Shown piece after piece: positions 1 to 11,855 of a stretch of 64,000 nt of DNA (positions within the stretch are counted from its first letter, which is position 1; every line of letters starts with the position of its first letter). The position numbers and the translations under genes are program-made. Origin of the DNA: Histomonas meleagridis 2922-C6/04-290x (taxonomy: Eukaryota; Protista; Parabasalia); NCBI GenBank assembly GCA_020184695.1, contig JAANOX010000047.1, forward strand, positions 62,001 through 126,000, in the 5' to 3' direction. A model generated the notes under the pieces. It was not told where the DNA came from. It saw only the letters and a program-made list of their open reading frames with translations, and did not search any database.

Positions 1-1214
1 ATATCTTCGTCATTTAAATCTGATACACCTGGCTTTACATAATGAATAATAATTTCACCTTTTTCATCAAGAAAAAATGCTCGATCTGCACTTAGACATT
101 CACATAATAATGCAGCAGCTTTTGTAATGTTTTCTTTTAATAAATGTCCATCAAGTAAAATCTTGCCAAATGATATTAAATTATTTATCATAGTCGATGT
201 AAAATTACCATATGGTTGATATGATAATGTTAATTCTGTTGGTATTTGTAATACTGCTCGAGAATTATCTGAAAATGAAACATGAATTAAATATGGACGA
301 AGATCTCGAACATCTGTAAATTTAAAATGCGCATCTTTGACTTGAATAGATGGATCATCTGAACTAAAATCAATATCAAATGAAAAACTATCTTGTTCAG
401 ATTCTTCATTCCAGAAAAACGTAAGAAGTAAATCATCCAAAAGTGGTATCGTTGCACAGCGCACAAACTCGGCTGAATGTGGTTTACGTATAAACTTAAT
501 AACTGAGGCATATAATACATTGTTGTTAAGACGTGCATGGTATATAGTTTTATACGCATGATATTTCTCAAGTTTGGTTAATTCAGGATGATAAAAATCT
601 TCTAAAAGTGGACTGTGTTTACGAGAAAATATAAGTGAGTTGAAATCTCCATGCATTAAAAATTTTGGTATGATTGAAATTAGTAAAGCAAAAAAGAATA
701 AGAAACATAAAAAAATGACAAATGAATTTATACTTTGAGTAAGGGTTGGTGGACAAAAAATATACTTAACTTTATTAGGTATCTTGGAATAGACAAAATA
801 TTTTATGTAAAGTTCTTCAGAAAAAGAATATGAAAAATTAACATTGTCATTTTCTAATGATAAAATCCGATATTTTGCAATTGGCTGGTCAGACATTACC
901 AAGCTAACACCATTTTTTGTTAAATAATTAATAAGAGTATTAAATTTTAATGATGGAGAAATTGAATATTGGATGGATGAATTAGAGTTCTCCTTAATAA
1001 GCTTTACCTGGGGGTGTTTAGTTTGGTAGCTACATTGATAATGAAAACCTTTTGGAATCATGAAATTATTAAAGAATGAATCATCTACCAAAATAACATC
1101 AGGAGTTTGTGTGGTTTTCTTGCTGAATTCGGTTGGTGCCATTCCGATTACTGAAACAGATATGGACCTAATCCAAGGAGCGAAAATCAGAAAAAACAAA
1201 CCAAATTTAAACAT
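1..1214 (-). CDS. Partial (3' end runs off window) type I membrane protein: signal peptide, ~140-aa ectodomain, one TM helix, cytoplasmic region ending in a GAF-like segment
   Basis: Not in the ORF track because it has no stop in the window. Manual translation from ATG at 1214 (MFKFGLFFLIFAPWIRSISVS...) is stop-free for 404 codons to the edge. TM is FVIFLCFLFFFALLISII; the last segment is ITKAAALLCECLSADRAFFLDEKG. Confidence 0.8.
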   Translation of the reverse strand, partial: MFKFGLFFLIFAPWIRSISVSVIGMAPTEFSKKTTQTPDVILVDDSFFNNFMIPKGFHYQCSYQTKHPQVKLIKENSNSSIQYSISPSLKFNTLINYLTKNGVSLVMSDQPIAKYRILSLENDNVNFSYSFSEELYIKYFVYSKIPNKVKYIFCPPTLTQSINSFVIFLCFLFFFALLISIIPKFLMHGDFNSLIFSRKHSPLLEDFYHPELTKLEKYHAYKTIYHARLNNNVLYASVIKFIRKPHSAEFVRCATIPLLDDLLLTFFWNEESEQDSFSFDIDFSSDDPSIQVKDAHFKFTDVRDLRPYLIHVSFSDNSRAVLQIPTELTLSYQPYGNFTSTMINNLISFGKILLDGHLLKENITKAAALLCECLSADRAFFLDEKGEIIIHYVKPGVSDLNDED

Positions 1215-1763
1215 ACCAGAAAAAGCCAGATAATCTCTTTGTATTGAAAAAGTGGATTGTTGGGTATTTGATTGGAATTGAAAGGATTTCCCGCATAAGT
1301 TCTGTGGGAATAGACGATAAAAGAAACCGTTCAAAACAAAATAAAAATATTTTTTGATATAATTAAAATTAATCTTATATAAAATAAAAGGATTTTGTAA
1401 TAATTTTGTGGAATTAAAATATTATCTTACAAATAACTTGACTAATGATCAAAAAAAACGAATTTATATTGATTATTATGAACGAAAATGTTGTAAAATG
1501 GTTTTAAATAAAAAACCGTGTTTTATTTTATAACAAGAAGTCATTCTTTCTTCATATAATTTGGATACCTTATATTAACTTAAACATACATAAATTTCAA
1601 CGACTTTATATTAATGTTTCATACCCTTTACTCCAATTGCACAAAAATATTAGTAAATAAACAGTAACAAGTTTTTTGGTGCTAACACATTCCTTACAAC
1701 TTTTTGAAATTACATTATTGAAAAAATCATAAAAATGTGATAAAGTTTCAACCGCCCAATCAA

Positions 1764-3172
1764 ATGCAGTTTTACGACGATAAGGAGTTTTGCAAACTTT
1801 CCCAAATTATCTTATTGAAGAAAATGCTTTAGAAAAAGCATCAAAATATGTAGGCATGTTTGATACATTCTCTATTGATAAATGGATTGATAAAATTAGG
1901 AATTGTTCAAATGATATTTCATCTCAAAATTACGAATCTATCAGCAATTTTACAACCTATGTCGTAAAATGGAAAAACAGGGTGACCTTCGAACCATTTT
2001 TTGCGTCTCCATTGTATGAACAATTTTTTCAATATCTCAAAAATTTTGTTCAACTACAAATTCCAAGTACAAAAAAACTCTTAAAGCACATAAAAGAAAA
2101 AAATGAATCAACAACAAGACAAATGCCACCAAATGTCATTGATATTTTAACATGTTTGAAAATATCTTTTAAAAATCCAGTCAGTACAAACCATCCGTTA
2201 ACCCGAACACAAGAATTTTTTGATATACTTTTTCGTTTTTCTCTCCTCAATCATTTTCAAGTTTCATCTTTATCACTCTCAATATTAGCTAAGATCACAA
2301 AACATTCACCAGAATCAATTAACTTTTTCCAAAGTTTCCAATATTTTGAATCTCTTTCAGAATTAATCCGGAACAGTTCGACACCATCAATTTTCCATTC
2401 AACATTAAAATCCATAATTTGCTTTTTTAGTCTTAGTCCATATGACATTCAACTTTTCCAACAATTTAAATCCAATTATTCACAATTAAAACCAAAAAAT
2501 CGAGAACTTTTTCTCGAAGGAATTAATATTCTTCTCAACACACACAACGAATCATTAGAATATTTAATGCAAAATTCACTTTTCCCGATTGTCACAAGTA
2601 GTTTTATTGATGGCACCACAAAATCTAAAGAAATATCTTTAAAACTTATCGAAGTAATGTTTAATTCTCTTTCACCAGAACAAATTAATGCATTTGTTGA
2701 AATGATAACTCCAAATCTTTCGTTTAGCTTTCACAAACAAACGAAAGAACTTCACGTTATTCTAAATTTAATACTTTTGATTTCGAAATATTCGAATATC
2801 GAAATGATTATATTTAACGATGACATCTTCGACGCACTTAAAGAAGAAATAAAAAATGGAAAAACAAAGAAAAAAATAGTTTTGTTTTCTTTCATTGGAC
2901 AATTAATGGCGTCGATGCCAATCGATTTCTTGTTTCAGTTTTTCGATCGTTTTGGTTACGACGATTTCGTAAATGATTTTCGAGCTTTGAATTGTTTCGA
3001 TGTGTTCTTAGATCTGTTGGAAGGGTTAAAGAGAATGTTCATGTCGAACAATGAGCTAATGAACATATTCATCGAGAATGGAATTGTTGAAGTTTTAAAC
3101 GAAGCTTTGGAAGATGGACAATTCGCCGACGAAATTTCTCAAATACTTTCATTTGTAAATAACGAATTTTAA
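1764..3172 (+). CDS. ARM/HEAT-like alpha-solenoid protein (divergent importin-alpha-like family); probable 1-nt frameshift near the 5' end
   Basis: 460-codon Leu/Ile/Phe-rich helical ORF 1790-3172 lacks an ATG at its start (TAA at 1781). The ATG at 1764 joins this frame if one T is added to the T-run at 1788-1791. Otherwise the first in-frame ATG is at 1856. Confidence 0.6.
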
Positions 3173-3644
3173 CTTTATTTTTTTGTTTGACTACATTAAG
3201 AGAAAACTTAAATTACAAATGTCGATTTTAATCATTATGAGAAAAAACACAAAAATTTGCTGTTATAAATAATATATCAAATAGATCAAACACAGAGGTT
3301 TAATTAGAAGAAAAATAAGCGAATGGTTTAATAGAATGAGATCCTTACAGACCTTTGTCACTTTTTCGTATTAATATACCACTTTACTGTTATGTTGACG
3401 TTTTTTTTTATAAAACTGCACAAATAAAACAAAAGGAATATATTTTTACAATAATAAACACTTAGCTTACAAACACTGAAAAAAGACAGCCTTTTTCATT
3501 CACTTTTTTCTTAATTGTGAATCGCGGTGTGACTGTGAGCTTCAATTCTTTCCCAACAATGGCCAAAAAACAAAACTGCTTTTTGCATTGAAAATTGTTT
3601 TTGAAAAGCAATTGAATTTGAATGGATTTATTAGACAGTTTAAC

Positions 3645-4259
3645 ATGGAAGAAAACGAAGTTAAGGTTGTTCTCCTTGGACAATCAGCAGTCGGAAAAAC
3701 TTGCATCGTTTCATATCTTATCAACGGGAAGTACGATGATTCTGCATCACCAACATTAGGTGCTTCTTATGCTTCAAAGACTCTTGACGTCGACGGAAAG
3801 AAGGTATCTCTCCAGATTTGGGATACAGCAGGTCAAGAAAGATTCCGTGTTTTAGCTCCAATGTATTATCGTGGTGCTCAAGCTGCCATTCTTTGCTATT
3901 CGATAATTGATGAATCCACTTTCACAGAAATTGATTACTGGTCAAGCAACTTGAAAGAGAATGCTGGCCCAGATGTGGAACTCTTCCTCGTTGGAAATAA
4001 GTGCGATCTCGAAAAAGACCGTATTATCTCCGAAGAACAGGGCAATGCTAAGGCTTCTTCAATTGGTGCCCAATTCTTTGAGACATCTGCATTAACCGGT
4101 TCTGGCATAGAAGATCTTTTTACAACAATTTCCAAGAAATGTTTGGAAAATATGAATGATACAAATGCTGGTGGCAGCGCAGCGGGCGATGAGGAAAAGC
4201 ATAAAACTGCTGATCTCACAAAAGCTGAACCACAAAAGAAGAGAAAGTTCAAATGCTAA
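3645..4259 (+). CDS. Rab GTPase, Rab5/RabF-like
   Basis: GQSAVGKT P-loop, WDTAGQE, RFRVLAPMYYRGAQAA, NKCD, ETSA, C-terminal Cys (KKRKFKC). ATG at 3645. Confidence 0.95.
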   Translation: MEENEVKVVLLGQSAVGKTCIVSYLINGKYDDSASPTLGASYASKTLDVDGKKVSLQIWDTAGQERFRVLAPMYYRGAQAAILCYSIIDESTFTEIDYWSSNLKENAGPDVELFLVGNKCDLEKDRIISEEQGNAKASSIGAQFFETSALTGSGIEDLFTTISKKCLENMNDTNAGGSAAGDEEKHKTADLTKAEPQKKRKFKC

Positions 4260-4736
4260 ACTCATTCCATTTATGAAATTCTTTTATAGCAACCGAGTTT
4301 AGATTTTTAAATAATCACTCAATTATTGTTTTATTGTTTTGTTTTCGAAAAGAATTGTGATCAAAAATTATATTTTTAAATTGAAATCTTGCCTAACGAG
4401 TTGTTAATTTTCTCAACTGAAGCAAAAGAAACTTTGATAAAAAATTGAAACTCACAGCCACAGTTAAATTTTTTTTTTTCAATCTGTTACACAAGAAAAA
4501 ACGGGCAAATAATACTTTGTACAAAACAATTGCTGCCATAAGGACAACTGATCAAATTCAATTCAATTGTCTCCAAAATTTTCTATCGCATAATTTCTTT
4601 TAATTTTCAATCCGAAATAAGTCATAATAACAAAACAAAGCAAAAGGTGATCCTAAATTTATCTAAGTTTAGTTTGTCCAAATATCTTTTTCTCATTTCA
4701 TTTTTCATAAAATGGAAATACAAAATCAATTTTTAC

Positions 4737-7700
4737 TTATGACTTATAAGGAAACAGTATTAATTTCCCTTCAGTATTCACGCCGATTACAATTTGATTC
4801 TTCTTATCATAATTTAAGGAAGAAATTGGAATCTTTGATCTAAATACATTTTCGTTCAAATTCATATAATAAAGTTCAAATGTGAAAACTTTGTTTGTCG
4901 CTGAAGAAGTGTTCGATGTTACCACCGAAGCGAAGTCGAATCCTTCGTTGTTTTCCCATGTTATCATTGATGTTACTGTATCTTTCAATTGTATCTTCTT
5001 TAACAATAACCCATTAATATTATATAATGAAAGTGATGATGTTTTCTTGTTAGGATCAATAGAATGAACAAAAATAAACCCAAATGACTTCGAGATTTCG
5101 ATTGCAACTGGTTTATCGCCCTTCAAATCAATACTTTGGATAATTCGTCCATTACGTAATGAAATGACATCGAGAAATCCATCATTGGTCCCTAAAACAG
5201 CAGTATCAAATACGCATGAATGTGCTGAGGAGATATATTCTTGATGTGGTGATTCAATGGATATTAACGGTTTCCGAATGTCAGAAAAGTCCCAGAAGTA
5301 AACTACTGAATCTGAGCCTATCGTTATGATTAACGGTTCGTCATATGAAACTGATACTATTTCACCAAAAACACTCGACGATGTTCTTGTTGTTTTTCTT
5401 TTGAAGTCTATAATTTGAAACGTTCTCTTGTTGTTTGATACATTGATTAAACAATATTTGTTTATGATTAATGAATTAGATGAAATTGATTCTTGTAAAA
5501 TAAAACTTGCCGTTTTAGTTGCTTCAATTCCTTGGCCTCCAAAGCCAAAAGAGAAGTGTTGGATTTCATTTGAACCAGTAGCAAAAACTCCAATTGTCTT
5601 TTTTGATTTGAAGATAAATTTATATGATATAATTTTCTTATCCACCAATTCGATAATAGGATATGCTTTAGGTTGTAATTGTTGTTGTTTTTGTAAATTT
5701 CTAATTGGATGAGGATCATGAAATATTTGTCTTGGTACTTGACCACAATGTTTTCTTAATGAATCTGCTTCTTTTTTCTCACTTTGATCTTTAATTTCTG
5801 TTGTTGAAGGATACATAAATTTCGTGTAAACATTTCCTGTTTCCAAATTTCTTTGCTTTACGCCAAAGTGCATGTCAATCCAATGGTTTATATTTCTTGA
5901 AGTGAAATCACTTTCGAGTGCTTTTCTATTTAAATATACTAAATCCATTGGAGTTTTTGCCCATTTTGGTAATTCTACATCACCATTATCAGTTTGAATA
6001 CCTAAATCGAAATTGTCCTTATTTACGAACATTTCGGGACAATAAAAGAATTCAGGTATTAATTCACAATTATCAGTTATAGAACTCTTAAAACATTCGG
6101 GCAAATTTCTAAAAATACGATTTTTATGATCGAATTTTCCACTTTGGAAGATGATATGTGCAGTAGTAAAAGGTTCTAATCTTACCATATACTTAAAAAT
6201 TCTAGGCGGACAAATCGGACCACAGTTATAAAAGTATTTACAACTTGAATACATTTCTTTATGTTCTTCGAAATTTGTTTCAGATACTGAACCCATCGGT
6301 AATTTAAAGTTCCTATAAATCGATTCATCATTTAAGTCAAGTGTATCTTGAGAATAATCTTGAATTATCCATGGTAAGAAAGGATATTGTGAAAGATCAT
6401 TAAAAGTTCTTCCACAAGAATAATTAATTCTCATCAAATATTCGAAATTAGATATTTTTCCTTTTAACCATTTGTTTGTATATTTCGGTAATGAATGTAA
6501 ATAAGTTGAAGTTTGTGAAATTTTAATATGTCGTTGAATAGAAGTAAAAACGTTCACATTTTCGAATGCTATGAAATAACATTTTCTCTTTTTTGTATAT
6601 ATTTCCATTGCACAAGGTACAGTTAAATAATATCTTTGTTGGATTAAATCAATATCAGAAATTAAAATTCGTGTTTTTTTGGAACTATGTTGAATAGAAT
6701 ATTCATTTGGATATATTACGAAAATTGATTTTTCTTCTTTATTTTGTTTACAATAGATACAGTTATATTGTTTTAATGGATTCTTTTGACTTTTTTCATC
6801 TGTTATAATGTTTGAATTCTTATCGATTTCAGTAAATTGTTCTTCTTCTTGTTGTTGTTCATTTGGTTTACTTTCTTCTTCTTGGATTTGTTTAGTTGCC
6901 TCCTTTAAACTACCTTTATCACGTGCTAAAGAAGCTAATTTATGATTGTTAAAGTGAAGATTTGGTTTCATCTTCATAGGTAAATCTAATTTACCACATA
7001 AAGTCGAATCACGTTTGAAATGTAATTTAATTTGACTTTGATTTGTACTTTTCCATACACCTTTTGATAAAACGGCATTTAATTTCCTCCAATCATGAAA
7101 ACTTTCTTCAGATTTATCACGTGTTTCATCATTCATTTTATCATATAATAAAATTACTTTTTGTTCGATTTCATTATTCATTACTTTCATAAATTCGATT
7201 TGTGAATTTTGGAGTCGTTTATGCCATTCGATTATAGCATTTCTTTCTTGTTTAAGTATTGTATTAAATTGTTGTGAATTAGAATATGTTTGAACGAAAT
7301 TAAATGAAATTGTTGATGAAATTATATTATAATTTTTTTGGAATCCTAAATCCGTATTACATTTAATAGAAGACATTTCTAATATTTTAAATTGATTTGG
7401 ATTTTGTGAATATAAATTTAAATATTGCATATTTTTAATATGATTTATAACATAAACTTTATCAAAACGTAATAAAAATGAACATATAATTATATCGCCA
7501 TTAATAAATGGTAATTTATCATTAATCATTTCTAATACATTAATACATAACTTAGCTAAATTTAATGCTTTCCAATTGTTTTTATCGATGTTTAATCCAA
7601 ATATTACTTCACGAGGTTGTTTTAAATATTCGATCATACTTGTAATTAATGTTCTAACATTTAATTTTGAATGATTAGAATAATTATCAATTTTATAATC

Positions 7701-10700
7701 AAATGGAGAATTCTTAAATAAATCAAATAAAAACTTGTTGATAGTATTCTTATTTTGAAATAGTATAAAGAATTGTGTAACTAAAATTAATTCTTTAACT
7801 TTCTCATCTTTAACAGAAGTTGTGAAAAATAAATATTCTAAATAATAATATATTTTAGATTCAATTCCAGTAACATAAGAAAATGCTTCTAATACTAAAC
7901 ATAATAAAAATATATTCGATGAAGATTTAGATAAAAATTCAAATATTAATTGATCACAATTCTCATCATTATATAATAATGAAACACCCCATAAAATCTT
8001 TAATAATGTATCCAACGGAATAATTTTCTTTTTCTTCAAATAATTTTTTACTAAATTCCCTTGAACTGCTACAAAACATTCTAAAGGAAACAAAGAAGGA
8101 TTATCAAATTCTAATAATTGATCTAAAAATTCTTCAGTAGCTAATGATTTCGATATCGAATGTGATAATGCTACAATTCTTGAATCAAGTTTATCATTTG
8201 TCAGTAAAATTATTGATATTAATGAATAAGCAATTTCTTTATCATTATGACCAATTAATACATGTAAATAACTTATATACTTTGGTATGAATGAATAATT
8301 TTTTTGTGATATTATATGTATAATAAAATTAAGTAATTGTTTAACTAATACTAAATCACTTTTAGTTAATACTAATCCAATAATAATTTCAAGATTTTCT
8401 TGTGTAAATTGATAATCAGATAATTGACTTAATATTGAGATAATAATTGTTGTGATCGAATTATCAAAGTTTGGAAGTTTTAATAAAAGTTTATTAAAAT
8501 CAAAATATTCATGGAAATCTTGTACTAAAACTCTACTCCAATGTTTATATATTCTAATTTTATGTGGTGATAATTGCCATATATCAAAATTAAGAATAAT
8601 ATTATCAAATAATAATTTTAATATGTTTTTATCTTGAATTAATTGAGCTAATTGTGTAAATTTAATATATAAATTATAATTAATAATTAAATCACTTTGA
8701 TCATCTAAACTTTTTAATAAATATGAAATAATTGGAATACAATTATCAAATGATTGTGATGCACTTGATGAATATTGGAAGATATGTACTAAAAGATCAA
8801 CTGTTAATTCGATGATATTTATAGAATCTAAACCATTCATTTGTTTCTTTTTCGATAATGAAAATAATGGAATTAATGTTTCAATTTTTACAAGATTAAT
8901 TAAAACATCGAAAAATGTTAATTCACATTTCGAAAATTTTCCAGTTGAATTTATAATAATTTCTTTAAATTTTGTATAATTCTTTAAATAAATTTCATGA
9001 TTTTGTTCAAGAAAAGTTATGAAGAAATAAGAATTTTTGGGTATACTTTGACAATTACTGATCATATTATAATAATGTTCTGATTCATGAAATGGAAAGA
9101 ATGCAAATGATGATAAATAACCACATGTATGAAATGGTTCTTTTTCGGAATGTTTACAAACAGTAATTGTTAATGGAGCATTTGTAGGGAATCCTTTCCA
9201 TTCCATAAAAGAGCAACAAAAATGTTGATTTTTAACTTGCATTGATACATTAGTTTTATTATTTCTAATTCTACAATTAATGACTACTAAAGTCCAAACA
9301 CCTAAAGGTATACCTTCAGATAATCTATTTAATGAAGAAAACGTTGGCGTATTTAAATGTACATTTAAAAAACGACCACTTAATATTATAGAAAATGAAG
9401 ATTCGATTTTATCTGATATTTCAAATAAATCTATATGTGAATTCACTTTAAAAGGTTCCAAAAATATCCAAAAACCAAATGAAAATCCTTTGTTAATTAT
9501 ATCGACTGGTAAATTATCAATTATAATTGTCGAACAATTTGATGAAATTTCAGTATAATAATGTGGATAATTCATTATTTTCGATAAAATTTCAATTAAT
9601 ATCTTAATAAAATTCGATTGATAAATTGATATAAAGTTCAAATTTAATGGAGTAAATAAACTTATATGTTTTTGTACAATTGTAGAAGTCGAAATTTTTT
9701 CATAAATTAATGATAATGTCGTTAAAATTAAATCGACAATTTCTGATCGATCTTCAGTATCTTCTTTGTATCTTAATAAACAATCTAATAAATATGAATC
9801 TAAGCCTCCTTCATGAGCAGAAAATCGATTTTCATATGAACCTATCATAACATTATGATAACATTGTAATACGCTTAAGAAATCTTCATCATTATTACAT
9901 ATTTGTAATGGAATTGGTAACATTTCTGGTACTTTAAACCTAAATATCATATTAATTTCAATGTTTTGTTTCGCTGCTAATATTTGTAATAATTTTGTCT
10001 TGATTAAAGGAAAACATTTTGGATCTTTAAAATGTGAACATCCATCAATAATATCAGAAGTATTAATATCATTACCATCAAATGATATAAATTGTAATAA
10101 TTGTAAAAATAAATCAAATGATGATTTACTACCATCTAATTTATTCATTATTGTAAAAACATATGGTTTCAACTCAGAAAATAATACGTAAAAATCGTTT
10201 TTGTATAAAAGAGTTTCATTTATCATTTTAATCACAGATGATATCAATTCAGTATATTGTATATCTGGAATATAAGGAACACCAAATATTACAATGTTAT
10301 TAAACTCATTTTTAAAATGTTCATCAATTTCAGAGACATTTTTCATTCCTGTAATAAATCCATTAATAGAATATAATATTAATGGACGTACTGGTGCTTC
10401 ATAAAGTAATGAAAGAAAAACAGAAACAAAATGTTGATTAGATAGCCATATTTTACCCTTTTTTTGGATTACGTAAGTGATTAATAAGAATAATGATTTT
10501 CTTGTTATTTCAATAAGTGCTGAGTTTTGAGGCTTAGCATTAAAATGTAATTTTTGGAAATAAATTAATGAATTTGAGATTGCTTTAATTAAAATTGGAT
10601 TTTCCAATTCTTTCTCATTAATATGTGAATAAAGTAATGCAATCCTTTGCATAACCTCACAAAATAATAACGGTTCCCCATACAACGAATTGATAACATA

Positions 10701-11855
10701 ACTCAAATTGACAAAACCGCTGTTTGACATCGCTTCAATGGAATCTGATCGTAGTTGTAAGATGAATGACGAATAATCTGTATTATCAAATGAAGAAACA
10801 TCAGAACGAAAAATTGGTGACTTAAAAATCGTGTCCCAATATAAGGCTAAGATTTCTTCATCCATTTCAAGGTTTGAAGCAAATAAAATAATTGTATAAA
10901 GTAAATCATACGATTTAGAATGGGATTCAAAGACATGAAAGATATAAATAATTTCGTTCTTAGAATGACCTGCAATAGATGATATTAACTTAATAACTTC
11001 TAAAAATGGACATGCAATTTCTGATATGAAAACAGTATCTTTAAGTAAATTAAGATCATTGACGTTGATTTCAGACTCGAAAGTTGGAGTCTTGTTGAAT
11101 TTCATTTCAGTGTTTTGTGATGTTGGAATATAATCAAAAATAATTTTCGTCTTTTGAAATTCAGGTTCAACTATAAATGGTGATAATTCTTTCTCAATTC
11201 GGGAAAATAAACTGTTTGCCATTAAAGATCCTGTTATATCAATAGATGATATTGGTAAATGATTTGAAAAACTTGATATAAATTGTAGAGCTGTAAGATT
11301 AAGAACTTCGATTTTAAATGAAAGAAGTGTACTAATTTCACTTGTAACTTTTTCCGAAATTGTGAAATTTGGATATATTGATAATAAATAATCAATCGGT
11401 TCTTCAATAAGATCCATAGATGGATCTTCTGTACATTTGATATAGAAAGCAATGGTAAAAAGAAAAATATGAATAGCAAGTTCATAATATGAAGATTTTG
11501 TAAGAGCTGCTAGAGCATATAAAAAATCAACCATGTAATCAAAATTTTTTTCATCAGTAAAGAAAATCCAAAAGATGTACATATAAAATACAACCACACC
11601 AATATTGTCAATTGCTGTATTATTGGATTGCATATATTTATAAAATGTTTTAATTAGATCCGGCATATAGGGAAAGTCGAACCCATTTTTTTGCAAGTTT
11701 TCTAATGTTATTGGAAAATTAAGTTCGTCAATTTTAATTGTTGGCATTTTTTCTAGAATAAAACAATCTATTTCTGCAATGTCTGTTTTAGCTTGTGTTG
11801 ATTCTGGTAATTGAATTTTAAGGATCTCCAGAACAAGCCTGGAAATCGAATTCAT
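4737..11855 (-). CDS. BEACH-domain protein (ConA-like / PH-BEACH-WD40; LRBA/neurobeachin-like)
   Basis: 2372-aa ORF with KWLKGKISNFEYLMRIN..GRTFNDLSQYPFLPW and ELIPEFFY..LPKWAK BEACH motifs, a ConA-like FSFGFWIFL segment and C-terminal WD repeats. Confidence 0.93.
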   Translation of the reverse strand: MNSISRLVLEILKIQLPESTQAKTDIAEIDCFILEKMPTIKIDELNFPITLENLQKNGFDFPYMPDLIKTFYKYMQSNNTAIDNIGVVVFYMYIFWIFFTDEKNFDYMVDFLYALAALTKSSYYELAIHIFLFTIAFYIKCTEDPSMDLIEEPIDYLLSIYPNFTISEKVTSEISTLLSFKIEVLNLTALQFISSFSNHLPISSIDITGSLMANSLFSRIEKELSPFIVEPEFQKTKIIFDYIPTSQNTEMKFNKTPTFESEINVNDLNLLKDTVFISEIACPFLEVIKLISSIAGHSKNEIIYIFHVFESHSKSYDLLYTIILFASNLEMDEEILALYWDTIFKSPIFRSDVSSFDNTDYSSFILQLRSDSIEAMSNSGFVNLSYVINSLYGEPLLFCEVMQRIALLYSHINEKELENPILIKAISNSLIYFQKLHFNAKPQNSALIEITRKSLFLLITYVIQKKGKIWLSNQHFVSVFLSLLYEAPVRPLILYSINGFITGMKNVSEIDEHFKNEFNNIVIFGVPYIPDIQYTELISSVIKMINETLLYKNDFYVLFSELKPYVFTIMNKLDGSKSSFDLFLQLLQFISFDGNDINTSDIIDGCSHFKDPKCFPLIKTKLLQILAAKQNIEINMIFRFKVPEMLPIPLQICNNDEDFLSVLQCYHNVMIGSYENRFSAHEGGLDSYLLDCLLRYKEDTEDRSEIVDLILTTLSLIYEKISTSTIVQKHISLFTPLNLNFISIYQSNFIKILIEILSKIMNYPHYYTEISSNCSTIIIDNLPVDIINKGFSFGFWIFLEPFKVNSHIDLFEISDKIESSFSIILSGRFLNVHLNTPTFSSLNRLSEGIPLGVWTLVVINCRIRNNKTNVSMQVKNQHFCCSFMEWKGFPTNAPLTITVCKHSEKEPFHTCGYLSSFAFFPFHESEHYYNMISNCQSIPKNSYFFITFLEQNHEIYLKNYTKFKEIIINSTGKFSKCELTFFDVLINLVKIETLIPLFSLSKKKQMNGLDSINIIELTVDLLVHIFQYSSSASQSFDNCIPIISYLLKSLDDQSDLIINYNLYIKFTQLAQLIQDKNILKLLFDNIILNFDIWQLSPHKIRIYKHWSRVLVQDFHEYFDFNKLLLKLPNFDNSITTIIISILSQLSDYQFTQENLEIIIGLVLTKSDLVLVKQLLNFIIHIISQKNYSFIPKYISYLHVLIGHNDKEIAYSLISIILLTNDKLDSRIVALSHSISKSLATEEFLDQLLEFDNPSLFPLECFVAVQGNLVKNYLKKKKIIPLDTLLKILWGVSLLYNDENCDQLIFEFLSKSSSNIFLLCLVLEAFSYVTGIESKIYYYLEYLFFTTSVKDEKVKELILVTQFFILFQNKNTINKFLFDLFKNSPFDYKIDNYSNHSKLNVRTLITSMIEYLKQPREVIFGLNIDKNNWKALNLAKLCINVLEMINDKLPFINGDIIICSFLLRFDKVYVINHIKNMQYLNLYSQNPNQFKILEMSSIKCNTDLGFQKNYNIISSTISFNFVQTYSNSQQFNTILKQERNAIIEWHKRLQNSQIEFMKVMNNEIEQKVILLYDKMNDETRDKSEESFHDWRKLNAVLSKGVWKSTNQSQIKLHFKRDSTLCGKLDLPMKMKPNLHFNNHKLASLARDKGSLKEATKQIQEEESKPNEQQQEEEQFTEIDKNSNIITDEKSQKNPLKQYNCIYCKQNKEEKSIFVIYPNEYSIQHSSKKTRILISDIDLIQQRYYLTVPCAMEIYTKKRKCYFIAFENVNVFTSIQRHIKISQTSTYLHSLPKYTNKWLKGKISNFEYLMRINYSCGRTFNDLSQYPFLPWIIQDYSQDTLDLNDESIYRNFKLPMGSVSETNFEEHKEMYSSCKYFYNCGPICPPRIFKYMVRLEPFTTAHIIFQSGKFDHKNRIFRNLPECFKSSITDNCELIPEFFYCPEMFVNKDNFDLGIQTDNGDVELPKWAKTPMDLVYLNRKALESDFTSRNINHWIDMHFGVKQRNLETGNVYTKFMYPSTTEIKDQSEKKEADSLRKHCGQVPRQIFHDPHPIRNLQKQQQLQPKAYPIIELVDKKIISYKFIFKSKKTIGVFATGSNEIQHFSFGFGGQGIEATKTASFILQESISSNSLIINKYCLINVSNNKRTFQIIDFKRKTTRTSSSVFGEIVSVSYDEPLIITIGSDSVVYFWDFSDIRKPLISIESPHQEYISSAHSCVFDTAVLGTNDGFLDVISLRNGRIIQSIDLKGDKPVAIEISKSFGFIFVHSIDPNKKTSSLSLYNINGLLLKKIQLKDTVTSMITWENNEGFDFASVVTSNTSSATNKVFTFELYYMNLNENVFRSKIPISSLNYDKKNQIVIGVNTEGKLILFPYKS

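Noticed and set aside
287-571. 94-aa track ORF
   Set aside because: Alternate frame inside the longer stop-free minus-strand CDS 1-1214.
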